DNA of 64,000 nt, taken from the NCBI GenBank assembly GCA_036172245.1, contig JAYWIR010000095.1, forward strand, positions 124,001-188,000, read 5' to 3'. A program made the position numbers and the translations under genes. The notes under the pieces were generated by a model. That model was not told the DNA's origin, searched no databases, and saw only the letters and a list, made by a program, of their open reading frames with translations. This document shows positions 36,201-45,700 of this stretch, one piece after another. The stretch is from Raillietiella orientalis. Its lineage: Eukaryota. Each line of letters starts with the position of its first letter. The first letter of the stretch is position 1.

Positions 36201-39186
36201 TAATGTACGGTTGCGAGTGTCCGATGGCAAGCACATATCTGAGACGAATTTGGAATTGCAAGTGCTCGACTGTAATGACAACGCGCCTATCTTCACCCAT
36301 GATTCGTATTTCGGACTGATTTCCGGGTCCACAGAACTTTCGAAGCCAATCCTTACTGCCAACATTTCGGATAGGGATTCTGCGGAGAATGCTCGTGTCG
36401 TGTACAGCCTGACGCACGATCCGAGTAAGAGCTTCTACATCGACCAAAACACCGGTGTCTTGTATACCAACCGTACAACGAGATTCACTGCGGATCATCA
36501 AGTCATACAGTTTCTGATTGTGGCCCGAGATGCCGGAAACCCAATGTTATCCAGCATTGCCACGGTGCATTTACAGGTTGCTGATGTCAACGATCATACT
36601 CCAGCCTTTCAGCAATCTCTGTACAAGTAATATAAGAAAGATTGTTTTTTTTTCTTCCTTTCTTTTAACTCCCGGATCTTTTATTTTAGAAAACGAATTG
36701 GCGCAGATACGCTTCCTGGATCAAAAATAATCCAAGTAAATGCAAGTGATGCAGATGTTTCCAGATGGAACAGCCAGATAGATTATTCCCTCGATGGAGA
36801 CAAAGACCACCTTTTCGAAATCACCAGGTCAGGAACTTGTTCTTGTGCAACGTGCTCATTCTCTGGTTTCGCTTCCAGCACTGGGGAAGTGTTTCTTGTG
36901 GGCAGGATCAACCCAGACCAGAGAAGCATGTATCGGTTAAAAATCACAGCAACCGACAGAGGGGTGCCACCTCGCAGCAGCACGGCAGAACTGCTCGTAT
37001 CTATCGAGAGCAACGAAAATGCCATTCCACGATTCAATCAGACGGAACTCAATGTGTGTGTCAAAGAGTCCACCGCTCCTGGCACTGTCGTAGCTCAAGT
37101 TCACGCATACGGCGGCAACGTCCACTCACCAATCGAGTATCGTATCGTTGCTGGAAATGAGGACTCCAGCTTCAAGGTGGATCCCAACTCTGGGAAAATA
37201 AGTCTAATGAAATCCCTGGATTTTGACTGCCTGGGATGCAGCTTGCGCTCCCTCGTGGTGGAAGCCGTTGTCAAAATCAATCACTCGGTATCAGAAGCAT
37301 CCTTAACCATAGTAACAGTGAATGTTACAGACGAGAACGACAATGCCCCCTTTTTCCCTTTAGATCATTACCGAGAATTCGTATTTGAGAATTCTCCAGT
37401 CGATTCATCCATCTTCCAGATCTCAGCAATAGATAAAGATTCGGGAATCTACGGCGAAATTGAATACAGTATCATAGCAGGAAACGAAGCCGGGAACTTT
37501 GCAATTGATTCAGAAACTGGAACAGTGGTAGCCAAGACCTCGTTTGATTACGAAGCTCAAACACTGCATCAGCTTCAAGTTAAAGCGAAAGATAAAGGAG
37601 GGAAGTGGGTCTCAGCAGATGTGTCCTTGCATATAGGGAGCCAAGACGAATACCCTCCAGTTTTTTCCCCAAGCAAATATCGATTCGTGTTACCTGGAGA
37701 TTTTGGTGATGATTACACAGTAGGTACTGTATTTGCCAGAGATCAGGATGCAGGAATTGACGGAAGAGTAATATATCAACTGAAAACCGACAATCCGTAT
37801 TTCAAAATCAATAAAACGAGTGGAGTTATATCGACCCAAAAGTCATCGGAAGATCAAGAAGACAAACACGCCTTAGACAACATCAGTATTATTGTAATAG
37901 CAGCAAGCGGGAAAGTTCACTCTTTAAGTAACTCGGCACTGGTGGAGGTCACTGTGAACTCTTCTCTAAAGGCATCTCAAGGAATCATCGTCGGACAAGA
38001 CACTAGTACCACGTATTGGGCGATGGCCCTAGTGATCATTTTCACTGTCATTGCATCATGCGCGACTGGCGTTTTGGTGTTTGTGCGTATTAGAAACAAA
38101 AAGCACTTGAAAGCTCCTTTAGCAGGCCATTATGATACCGCTTTCGACGCCCTGGATATTCCAACAAGCGATGGAGCGTTTTCCCAGTTCCCGCCCCACT
38201 ATAACGACATTGCAACATACGACATCAGAGAGAAAAAGTCCCTTGACCAAAAAGACATAACGCGCGATTTTTCGGAGCAGAGTAATTCCAGCGGGAGGGG
38301 ATCTGCAGAGGATGTAGAAGACGTCGAGGACGAAGAGATAAAAATGATCAACGAGAGGCAGATCCTGCATCAGAAGCATTTTCTGGCCGACTCCAACGTT
38401 CGTGATGTTGATGACATGTCCGACAATTCCATCCAGAATACGCAAGCCTATCTTGCTAGATTGGGCATCGATACTAGCGGTCTTTGCGAATCAAGCAAAG
38501 ATGCTCCTGATACTTCGGAAAGCATGGAGAGCATGCACATGTTTGATGATGAAGGAGGAGGAGAAAGTGATGGGATGGTGGATATCAGTAATCTGATTTA
38601 TTCCAGATTGAGTAACGATAAAAGTGTAAATACGAAGAGGACATTAAGTTTCGATGAAACCCAGCCATCGATGTCTGGTTCCTTAAGTTCAATTGTGCAT
38701 TGTGAAGAAGAACTCACCGGCAGCTATAATTGGGACTACTTGCTAGACTGGGGTCCCCAATATCAGCCTCTGGCTCACGTCTTCTCAGAAATTGCCCGAT
38801 TGAAGGATGATGATACCTCATCAGTTATAGTGCCAAAGAAGCTTCCTTTCCCCATGGCAAAAACAAGAACTCCTCTTCCTGCCCTATTGACTAATCCCCT
38901 CCAGAGGAACACTCCTGTGGTCGCATTAAGCAATCAAACTAGTCAATCATTATCTGTGTCATTGCCTTCTGCGACCCGATCTCCAATTAATAACGAATTC
39001 AGTTTTGCAATTCCCGCAATGTCCCCCAGTTTCTCCCCATCTTTATCACCTTTAGCCACAAGGTCGCCCTCTATGTCGCCGTTAATCGGCCCGTACTCTT
39101 CCATACAACCATGTTACATTAGCAAATGTATCGCATCAAACATTCCCGAAAAAACAGTGCATTCCGAAACAGAGTTGAGAATTTAA
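1..39186 (+). CDS. ds: dachsous protocadherin gene (5'-truncated by window; 16 coding exons, 2958 aa visible, 24 cadherin repeats + TM + cytoplasmic tail)
   Basis: Spliced translation is open throughout. Ds-diagnostic peptides: [108 protein letters not shown]. All introns GT-AG with matching phases. Confidence 0.97.
4139..4377. repeat. ~240-nt polypurine (GA-rich) low-complexity tract
   Basis: Almost exclusively A/G on the + strand. Confidence 0.9.
9507..9558. repeat. (GC)n/(GCGT)n alternating purine-pyrimidine microsatellite
   Basis: gcgcgcgcgc...gcgtgcgtgcgt... seen directly. Confidence 0.85.
10817..10945. repeat. compound microsatellite (TTC)22(TCC)21
   Basis: Counted directly. Confidence 0.95.
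11284..11536. repeat. imperfect tandem duplication, 2 copies starting 133 nt apart
   Basis: CAGGTCAGTCGCC...CTCCGGCAGGGA...GCCCCTCCAGGGCAG...CCGTCTCCACGGTC(A/T)CCATGGT(G/A)AC repeated at 11284 and 11417. Confidence 0.9.
20105..21523 (-). mobile_element. decayed, internally deleted pogo/Tigger-type (Tc1/mariner superfamily) DNA transposon
   Basis: Minus-strand end TA|CAGTAGACTCCCGTATAACG at 21525-21504; degenerate partner AAGTGGACTTTCGTATAGCG at 20105. Fragments [29 protein letters not shown] (HTH_psq-like), [25 protein letters not shown] and HEFKA (CENP-B/Tc5 HTH-like), then C-terminal-like [16 protein letters not shown]-rich relative to flanks. Confidence 0.75.
23068..23133. repeat. (CA)33 microsatellite
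   Basis: Counted directly; ends 78 nt before exon w2. Confidence 0.95.
23212..23401 (+). CDS. ds: ds exon w2
   Basis: Acceptor TTTTTTTCCAG|; [17 protein letters not shown]...[19 protein letters not shown]; donor G|GTATTC. Missed by the ORF track. Confidence 0.93.
23447..23914 (+). CDS. ds: ds exon w3
   Basis: Acceptor CTGCAG|; [21 protein letters not shown]...TRSIS; donor G|GTAAGC. Confidence 0.93.
23959..24134 (+). CDS. ds: ds exon w4
   Basis: Acceptor TTGTTCAG|; [21 protein letters not shown]...[27 protein letters not shown]; donor CAG|GTATGA. Missed by the ORF track. Confidence 0.9.
24197..24228. repeat. (CT)16 microsatellite
   Basis: Counted directly. Confidence 0.95.
27521..27937 (+). 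CDS. ds: ds exon w5
   Basis: Acceptor ACCAAAG| (AAG type); [15 protein letters not shown]...NTQFLQ; donor CAG|GTAGGC. Confidence 0.92.
28030..28438 (+). CDS. ds: ds exon w6
   Basis: Acceptor TTCCAG|; [18 protein letters not shown]...HIDSTT; donor G|GTGAGT. Confidence 0.93.
29253..29531 (+). CDS. ds: ds exon w7
   Basis: Acceptor TTTTTCAG|; [12 protein letters not shown]...VNYFLLD; weak donor G|GTCCGT. Confidence 0.87.
29578..29798 (+). CDS. ds: ds exon w8
   Basis: Acceptor TTCTCAG|; [16 protein letters not shown]...SSISFK; donor AAG|GTTTGT. Confidence 0.85.
29845..30628 (+). CDS. ds: ds exon w9
   Basis: Acceptor CTTTCAG|; [10 protein letters not shown]...FALGSLS; donor G|GTAATC. Confidence 0.9.
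31546..31583 (-). repeat. perfect 38-nt inverted copy of ds exonic sequence 32150-32187
   Basis: GTTATCGTTCACATCTGTGATACGAACACGAATAGTTG is the exact reverse complement of CAACTATTCGTGTTCGTATCACAGATGTGAACGATAAC. Confidence 0.97.
31683..31925 (+). CDS. ds: ds exon w10
   Basis: Acceptor ATTCCAG|; [11 protein letters not shown]...KTENVD; donor G|GTAAGC. Confidence 0.9.
31973..32684 (+). CDS. ds: ds exon w11
   Basis: Acceptor CCTCCCAG|; [10 protein letters not shown]...TGVIRTK; donor GG|GTAAGC. Confidence 0.93.
32733..32981 (+). CDS. ds: ds exon w12
   Basis: Acceptor CTTTCAG|; [10 protein letters not shown]...NGKIEF; donor AG|GTGAGT. Confidence 0.93.
34043..34920 (+). CDS. ds: ds exon w13
   Basis: Acceptor CTTCCAG|; [15 protein letters not shown]...VWEGNNKG...RTVFVRE; donor G|GTGAGT. 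Confidence 0.93.
36029..36626 (+). CDS. ds: ds exon w14
   Basis: Acceptor CTTTCAG|; [17 protein letters not shown]...AFQQSLY; donor AA|GTAATA. Confidence 0.92.
36690..36827 (+). CDS. ds: ds exon w15
   Basis: Acceptor TATTTTAG|; [22 protein letters not shown]...DHLFEIT; donor AG|GTCAGG. Missed by the ORF track. Confidence 0.85.
36879..39186 (+). CDS. ds: ds terminal coding exon (last cadherin repeats, TM ~38014-38085, cytoplasmic tail)
   Basis: Acceptor CTTCCAG|; hydrophobic [24 protein letters not shown] followed by RIRNKK; conserved Ds/DCHS intracellular motifs; TAA at 39184-39186. Confidence 0.95.
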
Positions 39187-39246
39187 GAGATTTGTTTTTG
39201 TTTTTTTCCAATTTTTCCAATGGAAATTTCTATGTGATATTCATCA

Positions 39247-39252
39247 AATAAA
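39247..39252 (+). other. candidate polyadenylation signal of ds
   Basis: AATAAA 60 nt after the stop, in a T/A-rich context; use of this site is unverified. Confidence 0.4.
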
Positions 39253-42200
39253 GAACGAATATTTATTATGTAATGCGAAAGCATTTCTCATTTGAAGAAC
39301 TGTATTTTCGTGGAACTTGAGTGGACTGAAACATTTTCCAGTTGCAGGTTCTCCAGGATGTAAAGCGGTGTGGGGTTGCAAAAGAAAAAGCTCTCTGCAC
39401 CACAGTTTGCTCCAGTCGTTCAAACTCTTCACCGAGATCATTGGTTCCTCAGGGTTGGGGCCTCTTGTCATTCATTGAGGAATGTTCTCGTGATGGATAA
39501 ATGGTAATGTATCCGGATTCGTGCCAAGTCAGATGGATGGAAAGTGAAAAAAGGGGATTGCACTCGGCATGCATACCGAATGTTCTTCCCAGGAAACCAA
39601 GGGGAAAAAATCTAAGAGAAACAAAGAGAGGCAGCAGATCAAATAGAGATCAGCAACCAGTAGGGTAGATTTAAAGATAGAAGTCCAGGCCTAGGTTTCG
39701 AAGCATAAACCGATAAGGTTATCGCTACATCAGAAAAAGCACTTAACAAATTGTCTGCAGTGTTTGACTAGCGTATGCGTAGAGTAGCGCCTTGGTAGCA
39801 TCTCTTTGAAGAAGATGTTGAAGCATACTGGATGCTCCCATACAAGTAGATACTGTTCACATAGCGAAGAAGTACTCTTAGGACAGCCTACGAAACGTTG
39901 TCATCTGTTTTTTTTTTTTTTTTGTTGTTGTTGTTCCTTTACTCGACGATCGATCTGGAATGAATAAAAGGTCGCTTCCGCTATGGAAGTCCCGTAATTA
40001 AGAATTGCGTAAAATTCACAGATTTCATTAAAATTCACCGGAGGATTATGGGTGTTGGAAACTAATTTTGGAAGCTCCTTGTGTTCACATGACTAAAGCG
40101 GGTTTCTAAATTCTGATTCCAGTTTGCAGTATCATCACCTGTAAACTGAGATGGTTGTAATTCAGGGTTGACTGTTTCATAGACAACGGATAGCGAAACT
40201 TGACCCAAAGTGAATGAATTCCTTGGTAGATGAGATTGATAACAGCACTATGATGCCTGAAGCAAAAGTCATCATTTGTATTCCTCTGGATCGATACAAG
40301 GAAGCGGTTATCTTCATGGAAATTAGGAATTCTTTCCAGAGGAATGTTTTGAAAGAATGAATTCTGGTCATCTGAAACGAACCATTAGATCTAACGCAAT
40401 CCTTGTGCGGCTTGCTCACGTCTTCAGATGCTTGTGCAGACCGGTAATCTAATAAACCAACGGAGATCACTGCATCTCTAAAACATTAGGTAATTAGGAG
40501 ATTATCGTGATCATTGTGTCTGATGCCTTTCGCAAATTTGATTGAAAAACACTGAGATTCATATGCATGAGCAAACGTCAGCCAGGAAACAGTTTAACTG
40601 GATATGCAGCATGAAAAGTGGTACGAAAACTGTCGTTTGACACCTCTTTACTGACGTTTTGGGTTCATCTGAGGCTCAGAAGAATTTTCAGCGACCCAGC
40701 TGACTCTTGCATCACACGAGTGCTTTCATCAGCATGTGATCCATAAAGTTTTTTTCATCCGAATCTTCATTGAATTGACCTGTGACGCATCCTCACAGGA
40801 ACCTTCTTCAGCGAAACCACAGTTTAGTCGCGGTGCAGAATCAGTTATTTCGCCTGTTGAATGAAATTCCAGAATCAGCTACCCCCTCGATATTAGGGTA
40901 AACTCTGAACCTCCTAATGGCTGTATGATTAAGAAAGCCTGCTCGAGCGGAGAGGAAACCGTCATCTGTCGTATTTTACAAGTGCCACCTTGACTCACTT
41001 TGAGTAGGATACCCGTTTGCAAATGCTGCGCTGTTGCGAAACCTGTTTCCTATACGCCGAGATGATTTTCAGAGCTTCTGTCACCCACCTACAAACACCA
41101 CATGTGGATGGGCAGAAACCATCCTTAGCGTCCTCTTCTCGTGATTTTTGCAAAGGATCCATCCGCCTAATCTACAGTCCCACAGATGAAAGAGTGGCTG
41201 AGTTGCGCTTCGGAGCTCTTCAGAGCAGTCGATCGCCGTTGCAAAACTTCCCTCTTCGTGTGAAAAGTGATCCTTTGCCCCAAGATAAAACGAATGAATT
41301 TCCATCTTGTCCTCCAACAGGCATGCTGGAATAAGACTACGAATTCGGACTTCCTTTTACCAACTCAAATGCAAAAGAGATGCTTACAAAAAAAAAAAAA
41401 AATGAGCATTTCTCATTTTTCCCATGACACACTTTCATCTTCCTGAGAAACGGTAACTTTTTAATAGATTTGCTCCTTGCAAATTGGATGAAGAGGAATT
41501 TTTTCTTCGTTGTCGCAGTGTGTGCAACAAAGATGGTTAAGCGGTCCATAATTTGAACGTGTGGCTCATGCAGTCCATTTCGGATAAAAAAGAAACCTGC
41601 ACATTTTGCATGATCTCTTGAAGGATGCACAGCTTGAAAAAGCAATGAAATATCAAATTGGCTGTAAATTAAAAATAATCAAAAGATTAAGTTGAAATGA
41701 AAATAATCTCGGTCGCATCAGGTAAGTAGGTATCGAGCATAAAACTACATGAGCAATAACGTTCTCGGAAGTGTTGCCAAGAATTTCTAAGGTGAATACC
41801 CAGCAGTGTCTTGTAATGTCTTGTCGTCAAAATTGAGGCTTTTTTTTTTTTTTTTTTTTTTTACTTTATGAGTATCATATCTCGAAGATCCATTACTAAG
41901 GTAGCAAGACCAAAAAACAATTTAGGCCGGTAAACCAAGAAGAACAATAGCGCAGAAACGGCAGAAAAGAGTAATTGAAAGCAGGGGGTTCAACATCTTC
42001 AGATGTTCGATTCGAATCGTCTTCCCTCAACGAAAATGAATAAATTGTACCACAAGGACTACTACGGGGGATTTGCCATAAGTGATGGAAAGGGAAGTAA
42101 GAAACAGTCCTTGTTTTATGTCATTTCATTTAAAAAATAAAAGAAAAAAAAGTCGGAATAGATCTGTTGTACTCCCCAAATGCCAACGCACCTCCGTGCA

Positions 42201-42439
42201 TGGGGAGGCGAACTTGCAAATCGCACAGATGCTAATAAAATCTCATGTCACTCAAAGCCAAGATCATACAGGTACCATTTGTTGAGGGGTGATAAAAACA
42301 GCCACATGTTGACCTTCGAGACCGACCATTCATTTGCTCATGCAGGCAAAATATCACAGGAGTCACACAATGTCTTTGATCGACTTGCATCCCACTTTAG
42401 TATTCATTAAGGTACCCAGAAACTTTAAGTGCACTTTTA

Positions 42440-42780
42440 ACTGCCTTGTTGCCTGTTGCCAAGTAACGCTGCCGTTATCATTACTTTCGATTGGCGAAAG
42501 AGCTGAAGAATCTAGGCGCTCGTGACGTGTTGCGTACAAATCTGTTTTAATTAAGATCAATTGACTGAAGATTCGCTCGGAGCCAGCTATGGTGACAGCC
42601 AAAGTTAATGCAGATTTGCATGGCAACGGCCGTAAACGGAAGAGTTTTCTTATCTCCATCAGTGGTTATGCAAACTGACAAGTTTATTGCTGTTCCCGAA
42701 TCCGTGTTCTTTCTAAGTCATTAGCGCATCCGAGAAATCACGCCTGACATCTGTGGAATGGAACTCACAATACGCTGCTG
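42440..42780 (-). mobile_element. hAT transposase remnant (C-terminal dimerisation domain, ZMYM1-like family)
   Basis: LPFTAVAMQI/ALTLAVTIAGSERIFSQLILIKTDLYATRHERLDSSALSPIE resembles the hATC pattern LTLPVTxASxERSFSKLKLIKxxLRSTMxxERLxxLAxLxIE; frameshifted. Confidence 0.75.
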
Positions 42781-45700
42781 CTTATCTCAATTTCAGCTGG
42801 TAAAAAATGGAAAAGCCTTTTCACTTCGGAGATGCGCTGAAAAGACTAAGATTATTATCACTGTTTTTTTTTTTTTTTTTTTTTTTTTTACCGGAATCTC
42901 TTCCACAAAAGACCAAGAAACACTGCAACCCAAAAATGAGTTACAGGAGGAGCAGCACTGTGTTCTGTCCCACTAACTCTTATCCTTGTCTTCGACCCAC
43001 ACGCTCCTCCAGGTGGAGTCTACCTATTCTTCAGCAATCCTCTTCCTTCGGAAATCGTATCAAATCTCGTTACGCCCGCAGTTCGCTATCTACTGAATGG
43101 CGAATTTACTGGCGTGTTTGCTGGTGTTGACGTCTTGGTTTGCTGGGAAAGGTGCCTCGAAGAACGAGGGAAGAAACGGTGGCCGGATATTTGCGCTCCC
43201 GCCTGGAGACCCGCGGTTTCCGCTCCGGGATACGAAAGTTCGACCGAGACTTCACACATTTCGATGAACCTCTTCATTCGGTAGCTCTTTGCCGTACAGT
43301 GATCCTATTCTGGCTTGAGAAGGTTTGCGTAAAATATTTCAGGGTTCTGGAGACACGAAGAGCCTTCTTCAAGGACTTCGTGAAGCAGAACGAGTGGATG
43401 TGCGTTATAGTTGCGGCTCCGCTTCGAGGGAAAGAGTTCGGTTTTTCTTGGTCTGGTTCACAAATTTGGGCATGGACGAAATGCAATTCAAAGAAATAAA
43501 TGGGGATCATGCGTTTTAAAAGCAGGCAGTTTTTTATTTTCTATCCATTCATTGTATTTTGTTTTAGAATTGGAATTTTTTGATGATCATTGCAGGAATG
43601 ATCATTTTCAAGAAGCAAAATCGATCTTCCGAATATCAAATTGCATGCACTCAATACACGTCGTGTAATACCCACGTAGACATGATAGTATATTCCTGTA
43701 TACAGCCACCTGGGAGAGCAAGTGCATTTGAATCTCAAAAAGAGTGGATGTCCGTAAAGCAGTTCCATAGAAACTTAGTTTTAGGAACGAATGAACACGA
43801 TAAAAGCTTGTTAGAAAGCACCCAGATTAAACTTCACAGATACTAGTAAACTAAAATAGCGCATTAATTGTACACTAACTAATTCATTGGTTCTCATCAC
43901 CATGGTTTCCTGTAGAAGTGTCAAGAGGAAGAGACTTTGTGCGAACTTTTCCACCGAAACTCCACTAACTTATATCAAACTGTTTTGAAAAATAAAAGGT
44001 TAAATCACGAAGTGCCTCTCCCATGATATGCCACCAGCGCTTCTTAAGAAGGCACAGGAAATCGATGTTGTTATTCGACGAGAGAGGCAGTCATGCTTTT
44101 CAAAGGAACACACGAGGGAAATTAGGATTGGGGAAACCGCTCAATGCGAGTTTCCAGGGCTGATTTTACTAAATGATTGCAACATGCTTTCTCACTACAA
44201 ATTGCTCATTTTTTTTTTTCTTTTTTTTTTGAAAACAGTCTCCCTCCCTGCATGACCCAATAATCTCTGTGAGATGCTCTCCACTCAGCTCCGGCAAACA
44301 TAATATCTATGACAGGTCAGCGACTTGTTTTTGTGCCGTGTTACGAACGGACAACTCAGCATATGTTATAATAGGAGAGGAGAGGTCACTTTCCCAACTT
44401 CTGCAACCAAGAACAATGAGTGATGCTCAGAAACAAAAGATATAGGACACTTAAGTAAAAGTGTTGCCTAACAGTTCATTCGGGGAAGAAATCCCTTGGG
44501 CAGTATTTCTTCATGATGGAAAAAAAAAAAAATAATCCATTACTTTAGATAAACGAGCAAGAGCCACACAACTATTAAAGTGGACGGGTGGTTATTCCAG
44601 TCCACACTCTGTTGTTTGGTAGGAAAGCCATACCTCAGCATCAGGTTCTATCCACGAATAATCGAGGCAGTGGTGGATGCGCCACGACCGCGTGAAGCCT
44701 CACTGTAAACTTGGAAACAAGTTTTCTTCGGCATTTTTGTCGGTTCCCTCGATATGTGACCACTTTTCTTTTATCAAGGTCTTCGGTCAGATGGCACGGT
44801 AAACGAGTTTCCATATGCTGGGTTTATCTGCCGATATTCGCACAGGGCCGTAACGATTTATTTGACAGGATGACGATTCAGGGAATATTTCCACCTATAG
44901 GAGTGCGCTAGCATAGTGTTTAAAACCATTCCCTTCCCATCACGGCATTGCCAACTGCACTTCCTGTTCTTACATTCGTGGCTCGCGTCAGACATGCATT
45001 TGCTATTACAAACTGCAAGTTCTTCAACTGCACTCTGTGCTTGTTGAAGCCAAGTTCTATCCACTCTCATGCATTCACTCATTTCGGCCGTCAGCTGATC
45101 ACAATGAATGAGACGCGGTCATCCATACGAGGACCAGCTTTTTCAACCATAATAAGAATAAACATGCCGATGGCTATCCGGAAGACAGAAAAGTATCGCT
45201 CTCTGCAGTAAGTGGAACCTTCCATGTTTTCCTCAAAAGGTTGGATCCTAGAATTTCACGGACGCAGATTGACAGTGCATCTATAGAGATGCCACGAGCT
45301 GCTTTCTTGTAGAGAACAACCAGCTGCAAAATTGATTCGACTTGAAATAAAAGGAAATGGAAAACGAGCTAGAAAATGCAAGAGCAGCAGGGCGTGTTTA
45401 ATTGGTGAAGCAATCAATTATGATGTTTTCTCAAAAGATGCAGACTGCGTATGTATTGCGGATAAAGTGCTCTTCATTTCTTCCCAACTCTGCTCTCCTT
45501 CATGCCATTGAATTTCTTTTTCTTTTCTTTTCTTTTCTTTTTTTTACAAAAAAGCTGGAACGAGAAGATTGCAGTAAATAATGTTACGGGAACATGTTAA
45601 GCCAAATAAAATCTGTAAATAGAAACTCCATATCTTTATGAACCGATCGGGGGTTGTAGCATTACAAAACTTCTTTGAACTGTACTTTTACTTGACTGTA

